Below are positions 10,701 through 19,150 of a stretch of 64,000 nucleotides of DNA, in pieces. Position numbers and translations under genes: made by a program. Source of the DNA: Spirochaetia bacterium (GTDB taxonomy: Bacteria; Spirochaetota; Spirochaetia; WTKD01; G963693115); the NCBI GenBank assembly GCA_965226055.1, contig CBDDCA010000006.1, forward strand, positions 32,001 through 96,000. Direction: 5' to 3'. How positions within the stretch are numbered: position 1 is the first letter of the stretch; the number at the start of each line of letters is the position of its first letter. A model generated the notes under the pieces. That model saw only the letters and a program-made list of their open reading frames with translations. It was not told the origin of the DNA and made no database searches.

Positions 10701-12504
10701 TGCTTTGAAAGAGATCTTCTGAGGGAGCTGTGAGTGAGTTGGGGGTTGTTATGTCTTTTGTTGCTTGGCTACTTTTGTTTTCTGAGTAATCAAGCGTGAG
10801 TATTGTTATTGTGTATGTTTTTCCTTGCGTGAGTTCTTCGACAGAGAGCGATGTTGTGGGATAGGGTATTTTCTTCTCGCTCAGTACTGTGGTGCTTGTG
10901 CCTTTTTCTGCTATGCTTATGCTGTATTCTTTTATGTCTTTGTTATTGGCTTTTGTTACATCGGGTGCTGTCCATGTTATCTGTGTGCCTATCTTTGTGG
11001 GTGATACAAAGGGATAGCTTGCTTGTATGCTTGTTACTGCATCGGGGGCGGTGCTATCTGCTGCAGTAGTGACTGTAGCATTTTCTGCTGTTCCTTTGTT
11101 GCCTGCACTGTCCATCGATACGACTGCCACTGTATACTCGGTGGTTGCTTTGAGGCCTGTTATCTGTGTATTGCGTACTGTTCTCTCTGTTATTGTTACT
11201 GTCTTTGCTGCTGTTGTGCTGTCCTTTTCTGTTGCTGTTATAGTCACTCCTGCATAGTCTCGTACATCAGGGGCTTGCCAGCCTACTACTAGGCTTGTTG
11301 CTCCTCCTGTGGCACTTACATTACTTACAGGTTCTGTGCTTTTGTCTGTTGTTGCTTGTTCTTTTGACACTGCAGTGGAATACTTTCCGTTTTGAGAAAC
11401 ATACACTTCTACTTTGTAAGTAAGCGTGCCATAGAGTTTTGTGAGTGCTATGCCATCTTTTGCTACATACACAGTGGCGTACTCTTGGTTGTCTGCACTT
11501 GCTCCGCTGACATTTGTTGCACTTGTATCTTTGTCTATTGTCTCTTCTGCTACTACTGTATTTGTTGCAGTTGCTATCACTCGTACTTGGAGGCTTTTTT
11601 CTGTACTTCCTGTTCCAAAGTCAAAACTCCCCCACTTGATAAGCAGGCTTTCATCGGCTGGGCTATTGCTTTTATCGTTTGCTGTTACTGTAAGGTCTGA
11701 TGCGGAAAGTGGCGTTACTGTTTGTGAGAGTGCTGATGGCACTATGCCTCTGAGTGCTTGCTTTGCCGTGCTTTCGTTACCGTTGCTATCTTTGTACACT
11801 ACCACTATATCATAGGCTATGCCATCTATAGTGGGGACAGCAATGCTCACCTCTCCTTGTGTTACATCTTGTACTGTTACTTCTGTCTTTACCCCAGTAG
11901 TTCTTTCTATCACTTGTATTGTGGCTTCTGCTATGTCTGTCTTGCCTGATGAGAGCAGTGCTTTGTCCCATGTTATCTTTATGCCATTTGTTGCTGATTC
12001 TACTGCTACCTGTGTAAAGGTGTCCTGCGGTGCAGTTTCATCGGTTAGTGTTGTCACAGAGCGGGTTGTTTTTGGTGATACTTCTGAGTCTTTTTGTGCT
12101 TCTATCTCTACAGTATAATCAGTGGTAGCATGCAAGCCTCTGAGTACATAGGGTCTGTTTTGTTGAAACAATGCACGATATTCTATTGCAGGAACACGCA
12201 CTTGTATGGACTGTGCTGGTGCAGTAGATGTAGCTTTTACAACTACATGCGTGGCATCGCTGGGAGCTTGCCAGCGTAACGAGAGTGTCCCATCGTTGCC
12301 TGCTGCGTGTATCTGCACATTGGACACTGATGCGAGTGTCGGTGTTACCTGTTTTCCCCCTCCGCCTGATGAACTGCTACTTCCCTCCGAACATCCTACG
12401 AGTACGAGGGTAATCATTGCTAGCACTAAAAATAGTGCAACAACTATAAATATATTCAGCTTACCATTTAGCTGATAGTTTAGTTTTTCATTACTTTTTT
12501 TCAT
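7789..12504 (-). CDS. giant surface lipoprotein with fibronectin type III-like repeats and C-terminal DUF285/BspA-type repeats
   Basis: Lipobox LVLVG-C followed by a Ser/Gly tether. Repeated Fn3 signatures (LRWQAP...GLHATTDYTV; VGWQAP...GLKATTEYTV; SWTAP...GLTNGTTYEI). C-terminal 25-aa FNQDIGDWDV..V..M..MF repeats. Confidence 0.85.
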   Translation of the reverse strand: MKKSNEKLNYQLNGKLNIFIVVALFLVLAMITLVLVGCSEGSSSSSGGGGKQVTPTLASVSNVQIHAAGNDGTLSLRWQAPSDATHVVVKATSTAPAQSIQVRVPAIEYRALFQQNRPYVLRGLHATTDYTVEIEAQKDSEVSPKTTRSVTTLTDETAPQDTFTQVAVESATNGIKITWDKALLSSGKTDIAEATIQVIERTTGVKTEVTVQDVTQGEVSIAVPTIDGIAYDIVVVYKDSNGNESTAKQALRGIVPSALSQTVTPLSASDLTVTANDKSNSPADESLLIKWGSFDFGTGSTEKSLQVRVIATATNTVVAEETIDKDTSATNVSGASADNQEYATVYVAKDGIALTKLYGTLTYKVEVYVSQNGKYSTAVSKEQATTDKSTEPVSNVSATGGATSLVVGWQAPDVRDYAGVTITATEKDSTTAAKTVTITERTVRNTQITGLKATTEYTVAVVSMDSAGNKGTAENATVTTAADSTAPDAVTSIQASYPFVSPTKIGTQITWTAPDVTKANNKDIKEYSISIAEKGTSTTVLSEKKIPYPTTSLSVEELTQGKTYTITILTLDYSENKSSQATKDITTPNSLTAPSEDLFQSKPTLDTTGAIQIKATFKNAPGIGRYYTLRMKDGATLIAEKSITRTATTISFGIADGLEVPKSQSNKKDYRFDFLQIANNRVSPVTALSDAVAVYDSTSTAPPAAKDAKLSVESVTQTTATAVYTFSAGTITNDNKAPSGAKLTQAQIQYKVYIVAGDHSTKTLDEIKALAGVQTRELAGNSAELKVTFIGTKGADYTAGVEAINSLNPSYSTGTSATIKKATLTAPPSTPKVTTYTTNNAVVFAVPSTGSNRGKKVITVQVNASAIAGVSKANGNALEATDLAYYVLYLKKEDSTGKPASVSALWAVEKSSVKVAKYTKATGTTQDTISIAIVDSTSGSNAGATPIETAKDYYIGVRIVNTTSPNYDATNSDKLFPAGFYTDVTEIKEIYTSKAVAPSQSLLTGKLVVSPSTNTAGTIKLVLTELSTFTGAKDYDGTNITASNQLVYTVYGLQKDGTATVAEVLAGRKINLGSVTSGVYTVQSLASLGLSSDTAPVVAIKGATKYYFVVEVAIKTDTSKKAVSTVASVTTASQATAPAEVSSIQTRVAQTGMRVSWTAPSLSASHKTNTGATLTVAQVSYKVYKVAKGGSARSVAAIKQADSSPTTVAAGTTNTTLTGLTNGTTYEIVVQAVNSTDDTKVSTGQRHEFEVSAISIGNTSIVSAEVGTALASNTTRVLTSNSAFTCDANILEADAEKIKKETGLTVSFDQSSKTVTITGIANKSNIRDPAITSYFYDVAQCTITASKKKVPATIVIQTELRTAPSGKAESYYRPTKTSELQTIISEEKTRQATGGKSSNPSPNLNMIDTSAITDMGGLFFRDSAFNGDIIRWNTSSVTSMRGMFAGASVFNQDIGDWDVAKVTDMTTMFLVASVFNQDIGDWDVENVMNINQMFAQTNAFNQDIGNWKVRNVTDVTLVFFQASAFDQDLSSWKLCKTQLSSGKSEFEGSAMAGKTAQYPKDKTDKVACPSS
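7900..8290 (-). repeat. 75-bp-period DUF285 coding repeats
   Basis: About five 25-aa units. A 41-bp block is identical at 8052-8092 and 8127-8167. Confidence 0.85.
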
Positions 12505-12558
12505 AATGATCTCCTTGTTGGTATCTCTATTGTGTAATTATCATTACACCTAAGCATC

Positions 12559-12674
12559 ATTATAGCACAAATACTATTTTTGTGTATATTTCATAACATA
12601 TAAAATTAAAAAAAAAAAAAAATGGGATGAAATACACAAAAATATACAGCAAAAAGTGATAATAATGCTACTAT
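12559..12674. promoter_or_regulatory. divergent promoter region with A15 tract and flanking inverted repeat
   Basis: Extended -10 TGCTATAAT on the minus strand (12559-12567) and TGCTACTAT on the plus strand (12666-12674). A15 at 12608-12622. Imperfect inverted repeat 12575-12594/12627-12644. Confidence 0.55.
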
Positions 12675-12729
12675 AGAGATGCTATGAACAACAAAATATA
12701 TACTAAATACATTATAATATAAATAGTAT

Positions 12730-13890
12730 ATGAAAAAGTCTCATTCACATGTTAGTAATAACATACAAAGAAATATATTGCTTAATCCAGGTCCTGCCAC
12801 TACCAGTGATACGGTAAAGTATGCTCAAGTAGTACCAGACATTTGTCCTCGTGAAGAAGAATTTGGAGCATTAGTACTCTGGATACAAGAACAGCTATGT
12901 ACATTTGTAGGAACAAAAGAAAATACACAATGTGTTCTTGTTGGCGGGAGTGGTACTGCTGCAGTGGAAATGGTCATTAGCAGTGTTATCCCTCAAAATT
13001 CTGCACTCATAGTCATAAACAATGGTGCTTATGCAGAACGTATTATAAAAATAGCGAGCATTTATCATATAGAGGTAATAGACTTTCCTTCTCCTACTGA
13101 TAAAGAAGTAGATTATACTGCACTTGAAGAATGCATCGTACATAACAAAAAATTGTTAGCACAAAAAAATAAAACCTTAAGTCACATGGCTGCAATACAC
13201 CATGAAACAACAAGTGGCTTACTTAACAACATGAAAAAACTTGGAAGCATATGTAACACTCATGCAATATCTCTCATATCAGATGCAATGAGTAGCTTTG
13301 CTGCTATTCCTATAGATATGGAATCAGATAACATAGAGTATGTTATTGCTTCTTCAAACAAGAATTTACAAGGAATGGCAGGTATTGGCATAGCACTTTG
13401 TAATACTGACGCTTTAGAAAATACAAAAACGATAGAAAAAAGAAATCTGTATCTCAATCTCTATGATCAATATTCTTACTTCTTAAAAACACGACAATTT
13501 AGATTTACTCCTCCTGTACAAACACTCTACGCAATGAAGCAAGCCATACAAGAATGCATCACAGAAGGGGTAGAAAACAGATACACCCGCTACCTTAACT
13601 CATATCAAATACTAAGACAAGGCATGCAATCTCTTGGGTTTCGTGTTCTTGTACCAGAAGAAATTTCATCTGGATTGATCACAACATTCTTTGAGCCAGA
13701 AGATACAAAATATAATTTTGATACGATGCATGATTATCTTTATGAAAAAGGATTTACCATTTATCCCGGAAAAATAAGTCAAGCTCATACATTTCGTTTA
13801 GCAAATATTGGAGACATATACAAAGAGGACATACACAATTTTCTGCATTGTCTAAAACAGTATTTACAGACATACAATATAAAAGTGTAA
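12730..13890 (+). CDS. aepZ: 2-aminoethylphosphonate aminotransferase (AepZ/PhnW family)
   Basis: LLNPGPATTS, GSGTAAVE, NNGAY, HHETTSG, DAMSSF, PLP lysine SSNKNLQG, RFTPP, GFTIYPGK. Confidence 0.92.
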   Translation: MKKSHSHVSNNIQRNILLNPGPATTSDTVKYAQVVPDICPREEEFGALVLWIQEQLCTFVGTKENTQCVLVGGSGTAAVEMVISSVIPQNSALIVINNGAYAERIIKIASIYHIEVIDFPSPTDKEVDYTALEECIVHNKKLLAQKNKTLSHMAAIHHETTSGLLNNMKKLGSICNTHAISLISDAMSSFAAIPIDMESDNIEYVIASSNKNLQGMAGIGIALCNTDALENTKTIEKRNLYLNLYDQYSYFLKTRQFRFTPPVQTLYAMKQAIQECITEGVENRYTRYLNSYQILRQGMQSLGFRVLVPEEISSGLITTFFEPEDTKYNFDTMHDYLYEKGFTIYPGKISQAHTFRLANIGDIYKEDIHNFLHCLKQYLQTYNIKV

Positions 13891-13899
13891 GCTGGTAAT

Positions 13900-14643
13900 T
13901 TATTTATATGCCATTTTTTTCACATAATCACAAATTCGCTGATAATCTTCTATAAAGTCAATTTCACTCCAAAATGTACCAGCAATATCAATAACAGAAA
14001 TAGGATGATCTTTATGTTCTACCAACGCAGATTCCCACCAAGTAGCATGCTGTCTTTGTTCTAACATAGCAGTCAACTGTACATACAATGTATGCACAAA
14101 ACTCTTAGGAATAAGCGCAACATCTACACTTTCTGCCATAGATACATGAGGAATATCTTTTCCATAGGCGTCTAAAACATTTTCTTGATTATAGGTAACC
14201 TTTACATCGGCAACATTCTTTCTGCTAGAATCTACAAGCAGTATTGGGTTTTCTGTTTTTTGTATAGCATCAAATGCCATACAAAAAATGCTTGTGTCCA
14301 AAAAAGTGTCTGCGTTCATAATTATGGTAGCCTCTGTCTCTTGTAAAAGAATATCCTTTGCAAACCACAGGGACCCTATTGAATTGACTATATAGTAAAA
14401 CGGATTATATATACACTGTACAGTTTCGTACTGAGAAAGACTGTCTTCTACTTTCTTATGCTTATATCCAGTAACTACTGTAATATGCGATATTCCCTGC
14501 TGTAACAAAGAATCAACTGTATATGCAATAAGAGGAATAGCATCTCTTTCCGATGTATGTATCGGCAACAAACATTTATGTTCTTGAGAAATATGCTGTG
14601 CTATTCGGCTACCAATTCCAGCAGCAAGCAAAATTGCTTTCAT
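13900..14643 (-). CDS. LicC/PntC-like nucleotidyltransferase (phosphocholine/phosphonate cytidylyltransferase family)
   Basis: MKAILLAAGIGSR, KCLL, VVTGY, YNPFY...NSIGSLW, MNAD, WSEIDFIEDY. Confidence 0.85.
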   Translation of the reverse strand: MKAILLAAGIGSRIAQHISQEHKCLLPIHTSERDAIPLIAYTVDSLLQQGISHITVVTGYKHKKVEDSLSQYETVQCIYNPFYYIVNSIGSLWFAKDILLQETEATIIMNADTFLDTSIFCMAFDAIQKTENPILLVDSSRKNVADVKVTYNQENVLDAYGKDIPHVSMAESVDVALIPKSFVHTLYVQLTAMLEQRQHATWWESALVEHKDHPISVIDIAGTFWSEIDFIEDYQRICDYVKKMAYK

Positions 14644-14704
14644 AGTTATAGTATAGTGCTATTATCACAAAATTGTAATATATTATTTTTACTGTTGTTA
14701 TATC

Positions 14705-16036
14705 CTACGCTACCTGCTTTGCAATATCTACCAGTACCTCTGCACTCTTTTCCCCTGCTCTCCCTATATTGCATACAGCGTTGTCTCTCAATGCCTGTAT
14801 TGATGCTATGTACTGTTGCCGAGACGCTATCGTAGAATCAATAAGAGAAGGCAATTTCTGTATTTCGTCTGAGTGTATTACTGCCCCAAGCTGTTCAAGA
14901 ACATCTAGCTCCCAAGCGTTCCATGGAATATCATTTCCTTCCATACCTAACAATACAGGATGCGTGTTATGAGTAATGACAGGTTTTTCAAAAATAAAAG
15001 CAAAATCAAAAATGATACCGCTCCTATCAGAGATCAATACATCAGCATTCTGTAAAGAAGCAAAGTTATCGGCATTCATGTCCCATGTGATATTCGTATA
15101 CTCCTTAAATGTATGTTGCAAGTGTTCTATGAAATCACGTTCAACAAGCACACTCTGCGGATGAGGACGAATAATAATAGCATAATTACTCTCTATAAGC
15201 GACCGAAGCATCGTTTCTCCGCATATATTGAGCAGGCTTGATTGTCCCCATGTAGGAGCTACTAGTACAGTAGCTTGATGTTCCGTATCTTCTTTTCTTT
15301 GAGTATCATCTGTAATACTATTATTTTTACGATTCCATAGCTCATCCATGTATGTACATCCAACAAGATAACTTTGCTTTTTATGAGTATTGCGTAGCTC
15401 TTCAAGATGACGCAAAGATTTTTCCTGATGAGTACCACTCAATAGTAATGAATCATAAAAATCAAACGCAAACAATTTATACAAATGGAGATCAGTAGGA
15501 GCATGAATAATATGAGCATAATGCTTTACTTGTTTTGATCTACGAATTTGCAATACATCAAGATTAGGAGTAGTTAAGGCACATACATCTGCTTTCAATA
15601 AATTCAAATGAAAAAATGCCTTGTTCCCTTTTCCTATATACTTTGTATGTACCATTTCAGATTCAAATGTAAGCCCAGGATCTTCTTTATCAGAGCTAAG
15701 GTAGGTACATGAAATTCCTTGTGAATGAAACGCACGGAGTATGGGAGCAAAAGTATTCCAGTACTGTCCTCCTTCACTATAGAACACAATAGATTGAGTT
15801 GATGTCACACTTACATCAATATCCTCTTTTTTACGAAATATCCCTCGTATCATCATGAAAGATGTATACCATACACTGCGTATAACAAATATCAAAGTAG
15901 ATACTATGCCAACTACAACAGCAAGCAACATACTTCCTGTTCCAGGATCAAGGTATGCATACAAGGGCTGTGTATACACAAGCAAAAACATAAAAATAGC
16001 TATTACTCTATACTGTGTAAAAATTTTCTTCTTCAT
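14705..16036 (-). CDS. CDP-glycerol:glycerophosphate transferase (TagB/TagF) family protein with N-terminal YLDPGTGS membrane segment
   Basis: VLVAPTWG, IIRPHPQS, ADVLISDRSGIIFDFAF..KPVI. Start placed at ATG 16036 after AGGAG; the ORF track begins at 16078. Confidence 0.82.
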   Translation of the reverse strand: MKKKIFTQYRVIAIFMFLLVYTQPLYAYLDPGTGSMLLAVVVGIVSTLIFVIRSVWYTSFMMIRGIFRKKEDIDVSVTSTQSIVFYSEGGQYWNTFAPILRAFHSQGISCTYLSSDKEDPGLTFESEMVHTKYIGKGNKAFFHLNLLKADVCALTTPNLDVLQIRRSKQVKHYAHIIHAPTDLHLYKLFAFDFYDSLLLSGTHQEKSLRHLEELRNTHKKQSYLVGCTYMDELWNRKNNSITDDTQRKEDTEHQATVLVAPTWGQSSLLNICGETMLRSLIESNYAIIIRPHPQSVLVERDFIEHLQHTFKEYTNITWDMNADNFASLQNADVLISDRSGIIFDFAFIFEKPVITHNTHPVLLGMEGNDIPWNAWELDVLEQLGAVIHSDEIQKLPSLIDSTIASRQQYIASIQALRDNAVCNIGRAGEKSAEVLVDIAKQVA

Positions 16037-16059
16037 ATACAATAGTATACTCCTTTTTA

Positions 16060-19000
16060 TTATTTTACTTTTTTCCAATTCTTTTGTTCAAACATAGTAT
16101 CTGTTACTATATATTTATCTTTTATTGGAAAAGAATTTTTTGTCCGTAGCATTTCTTCCCAACCCAACAAGGGGGTTATGTAGCTCACAAGCTCTCTTCC
16201 TTCCTGTTGTCCTTGTGTAGGATCTGGTATTATTGTATCGGGACGACTAAAATCTTCAATACCATGAAAAGCAATGCTTGCTGTATCGGCATTACTCATA
16301 AAACGATTATCAACGCTAAGAGGATCAGTACTACCAATATCTTTTACCATAAGTAGTGCATGTAATAAAAAAAACACATCATCTCCTTGACGTCCAAATG
16401 AAATAGGAGCAACATTGTTGATATTCATAGGATCACTTTGTCCTGTTGTTGAATGATCAGACACAAGTATTATTTTCGTATTATCGTATATATTATTTTC
16501 TTTCAGCCAATGAAACCATGTACCAAGTGACATGAGTGTACACTTTAAAGTATCATAGATGCCATCATCTTTAGCATCTGGAGTTTCATAGTATAAAACC
16601 TTACAATCAGGGCCTAAGCTATACGGAGAATGCGTAATATGAGTATGTAAAAATGTAAATGTCCCATGTTGCTCTTGCTTTTTAACTTGCTGTTCGTCTC
16701 TTACATTTGATAGATATGAAAGTGAATCTACAAAAGACCAATCTCTTAATGTTGAGAAATACACATCACGATAGCTTTTTTGTAAAAGGCCATGCCATTT
16801 TTCATCATCATATATCATTCTTCTAAAAGTAATAGGAACAGAACGGAGTAAACTTGCTAATAGAAACAAGGAAGTTTTTTCTTTTGTTGTTTTTGCAACT
16901 AATGCAGTACTACGCGATATAACACTATCATAGAGTTGTTTTTGTTCAGGATGCCTTTCTAACCAAGGGCTTTGATAACTTTCAATTATTTCATTTTTTT
17001 CTATACATATTACCTTTTTTTTACGAACACCAGCACAACCTTCATTTTGCTCCTTTCCATAAAAAGAAAGACCAAAATGTCCCACCTGATACTTATAAGA
17101 TTGAAATGTATCTATCATAGTATCATGAGCAGCAGTAAACTTTTGTGCTACATTCTTCCCTTCTATATCTACTATATTCTCAGGAGTAAACTGCCATCCT
17201 CCCATCATTGAAGGCTTGCTTGCAGTGGTATTATTGCCAATACTAAGGGTATTAGGATACCATGTAAATCCACGATATATTTCCGCTAACTGTGGAACTT
17301 CTTCTAACACACGTTGTACTAATCCTCCATTTGCCATATCCAATAAAATGACCACTATGTTCCGTTTCTCTTTTGAAAAAGAGAGTAGCTGAGAAGGAAA
17401 TGTTTCCGCTACTGTTATACCATTATTCTCATCCTTTCCTTGCAACACTATAGATGTATTTTCTCTTCCCATGTAATATCTACTGTACCATCCACTAAAA
17501 TCTACAATTCTTACTAATACTAATCCCAAACACAGCGTTGCTACAATACTTATTATCCCTATCTTTTCCATCACTACACGATACAGCACCAGTATAAATA
17601 CAGTAAGAGCAATCCCTTCTGCCATATACATAAAAACAGTCAAAGTCAACCTCTCTGGAAAAAACAATATGAAGTGATCCATTTTTCCCATATCAAAAGG
17701 AACAAATACACTGTACAGTAACAACAAACCTAATACAAGTATACAGATAAATGCTACCTGTCGTTTTATTCTCTTTGGAACAAGCATATACAATAGTACA
17801 GGAGCTACTATCATCCCTAGCATAATCCATATTGTATTCTTTACTATATCTGTAAACAATATCCTCACATCATCAGGAGAGCTCCTATACAATTCTGCTG
17901 GAAGCTGTATGCATATAAGCAATGCTACTGTTATGCTTAGCACTAACAAGGTATACACTCCCCATTTTTGTTTTCCTTGATGTATTCTTTTTACTGAGAT
18001 ACTTTGCTGCTTCTTAGTAGTAAAAGCTACCAAAGATATAAAATACGGAAATAGTACCCCATTCATACTTACGAGTAATGCAAATGATACTAATTTTATA
18101 ATATATACACTTCTCGTTATATCTTCATCTGGTATATAAAAATAATAGAGTAGCAACAGCATACCAATACTCATGCTTATACAGAAAAGCATTCCTATTA
18201 TATTTTTCTTTCTCTTACTTTTAGTATTCTTACAGTATGACAATAGTAATATACAAGCACTCACTACCAATATTGTTATAGCTATTCCCAAGATTGTATT
18301 AGGTACTGCTAATCTTAAATGTCCTTCTGGTATCAATAAAAATGACAAACATATGTACCCTGCAAATATCCATGCAATGACAACAGTGTTTACTACTTTC
18401 TTATCATTTTCTATAAAAGATGTTATTTTCTGTTTTATAATGCGATAAGTACTCTCCTGCTTTCCACTATAATTTTGTTGTGCATTTTTTTGTAATCGAT
18501 GTGCTAACACAATATTCTTTAGCAGTGTAAATACATTGTTACAAGTCCAGTACAGCACTAATCCCGATGGCATAGCATATAACAACACAAAAAATATCAA
18601 TGCCATATTCCATGCTGACATTAAGGAGTTTGGATCTACTCTTCGCGTGTACACATTTGCTGCCATAATATTTATTGCAGTCATAATAAAAGGAAGCACA
18701 TTGATACGATAGCGACCAAACGGAAACAACGCATCTGCTTTTGACAGATCTTCAATGAATAAAAACGAAACTCCTTCCAGTGCAGTAAAATCCCTTAACA
18801 TATGATATGCCGCAAAGAAAAATGGTATTTGTATAAGCAAAGAGCCTATAGACCGTAAGCCCAGCACAGGATGATACTTATGCAGCCGATATAAACTTTG
18901 TATCATCATAAACCGCTCTTGTCCTTGAAAGCTCTGCTTAATTTCATCTAACTTTGCTTGCATGGACTGTCGCTGTAATAATTCCTTTTTTTGTAAGCGT

Positions 19001-19146
19001 TCTGCCAGCATATACACAGGCAACAATAGAAGTGAAATAAAGAAACTTAACAGAACAATGGCATATCCATAATTATGCGAAAATTGATACAAGAATAGAA
19101 AGATATATTCTAAAAAAGACTCCAGAATAGAAAAAAACGAAAGCAT
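16060..19146 (-). CDS. YidC/Oxa1-like domain + multi-TM + sulfatase/LtaS-like domain fusion (copy D, divergent body)
   Basis: N-terminal NYGYAIVLL..LLLP, LLIQIPFFFAAY, DLSKAD, MPSGLVLYWT. C-terminal NIVVILLD, PNTLS...T, THSPY, YDNTKIILVSDH. Confidence 0.85.
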   Translation of the reverse strand: MLSFFSILESFLEYIFLFLYQFSHNYGYAIVLLSFFISLLLLPVYMLAERLQKKELLQRQSMQAKLDEIKQSFQGQERFMMIQSLYRLHKYHPVLGLRSIGSLLIQIPFFFAAYHMLRDFTALEGVSFLFIEDLSKADALFPFGRYRINVLPFIMTAINIMAANVYTRRVDPNSLMSAWNMALIFFVLLYAMPSGLVLYWTCNNVFTLLKNIVLAHRLQKNAQQNYSGKQESTYRIIKQKITSFIENDKKVVNTVVIAWIFAGYICLSFLLIPEGHLRLAVPNTILGIAITILVVSACILLLSYCKNTKSKRKKNIIGMLFCISMSIGMLLLLYYFYIPDEDITRSVYIIKLVSFALLVSMNGVLFPYFISLVAFTTKKQQSISVKRIHQGKQKWGVYTLLVLSITVALLICIQLPAELYRSSPDDVRILFTDIVKNTIWIMLGMIVAPVLLYMLVPKRIKRQVAFICILVLGLLLLYSVFVPFDMGKMDHFILFFPERLTLTVFMYMAEGIALTVFILVLYRVVMEKIGIISIVATLCLGLVLVRIVDFSGWYSRYYMGRENTSIVLQGKDENNGITVAETFPSQLLSFSKEKRNIVVILLDMANGGLVQRVLEEVPQLAEIYRGFTWYPNTLSIGNNTTASKPSMMGGWQFTPENIVDIEGKNVAQKFTAAHDTMIDTFQSYKYQVGHFGLSFYGKEQNEGCAGVRKKKVICIEKNEIIESYQSPWLERHPEQKQLYDSVISRSTALVAKTTKEKTSLFLLASLLRSVPITFRRMIYDDEKWHGLLQKSYRDVYFSTLRDWSFVDSLSYLSNVRDEQQVKKQEQHGTFTFLHTHITHSPYSLGPDCKVLYYETPDAKDDGIYDTLKCTLMSLGTWFHWLKENNIYDNTKIILVSDHSTTGQSDPMNINNVAPISFGRQGDDVFFLLHALLMVKDIGSTDPLSVDNRFMSNADTASIAFHGIEDFSRPDTIIPDPTQGQQEGRELVSYITPLLGWEEMLRTKNSFPIKDKYIVTDTMFEQKNWKKVK

Positions 19147-19150
19147 AGTA

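Noticed and set aside
7924-12475. Many short plus-strand ORFs inside the lipoprotein gene, and similar antisense ORFs elsewhere such as 29858-30445 and 56061-56513
   Set aside because: They are shadow ORFs of well-supported genes on the opposite strand, with no motifs.
12730-13890. AEP catabolism (PhnW-PhnX) interpretation of the transaminase
   Set aside because: No phnX/phnA or phosphonate transporter nearby, while pepM and ppd indicate the biosynthetic direction.
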